Assembly: GCA_039680575.1 (NCBI GenBank)
Contig: JBDKSP010000005.1
Span: 1 to 16,280 of the forward strand
Length of the DNA stretch: 16,280 bases
Reading direction: 5' to 3'
Source of the DNA: Armatimonadota bacterium
GTDB taxonomy: Bacteria > Armatimonadota > UBA5829 > DTLH01
Both the position numbers and the translations under genes were made by a program. This document shows positions 16,277 to 16,280 of the stretch, one piece after another (the first letter of the stretch is position 1; each line of letters opens with the position of its first letter). Below the pieces are notes generated by a model that was not told where the DNA came from, did not search any database, and worked only from the letters and a program-made list of their open reading frames with translations.

Positions 16277-16280
16277 TTGT

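Overview
Bacterial chromosomal window; the gene content and style suggest an Armatimonadota-like lineage (inference only). The left edge holds the left end and first 22 codons of an IS3-family element that has inserted into an AT-rich secreted beta-helix repeat gene and truncated it. After that come: an orphan M.NlaIII/M.HpyI-like adenine DNA methyltransferase; a secreted STN-like protein; a minus-strand run of GH65 hydrolase, SAM methyltransferase, long-form folP, a small membrane protein, GH38 alpha-mannosidase, plsC and cmk; a 52-aa membrane ORF missing from the ORF track; and lnt back-to-back with a lipoprotein. The intergenic regions are crowded with several palindromic REP-like families. 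The most unusual signal is a modular double-hairpin element that occurs four times: a 25-bp ends-only form, a ~67-bp compact form nested in a REP, a ~161-bp loop-expanded form and a truncated form. The copies show compensatory base changes, and no cognate enzyme is encoded in the window.
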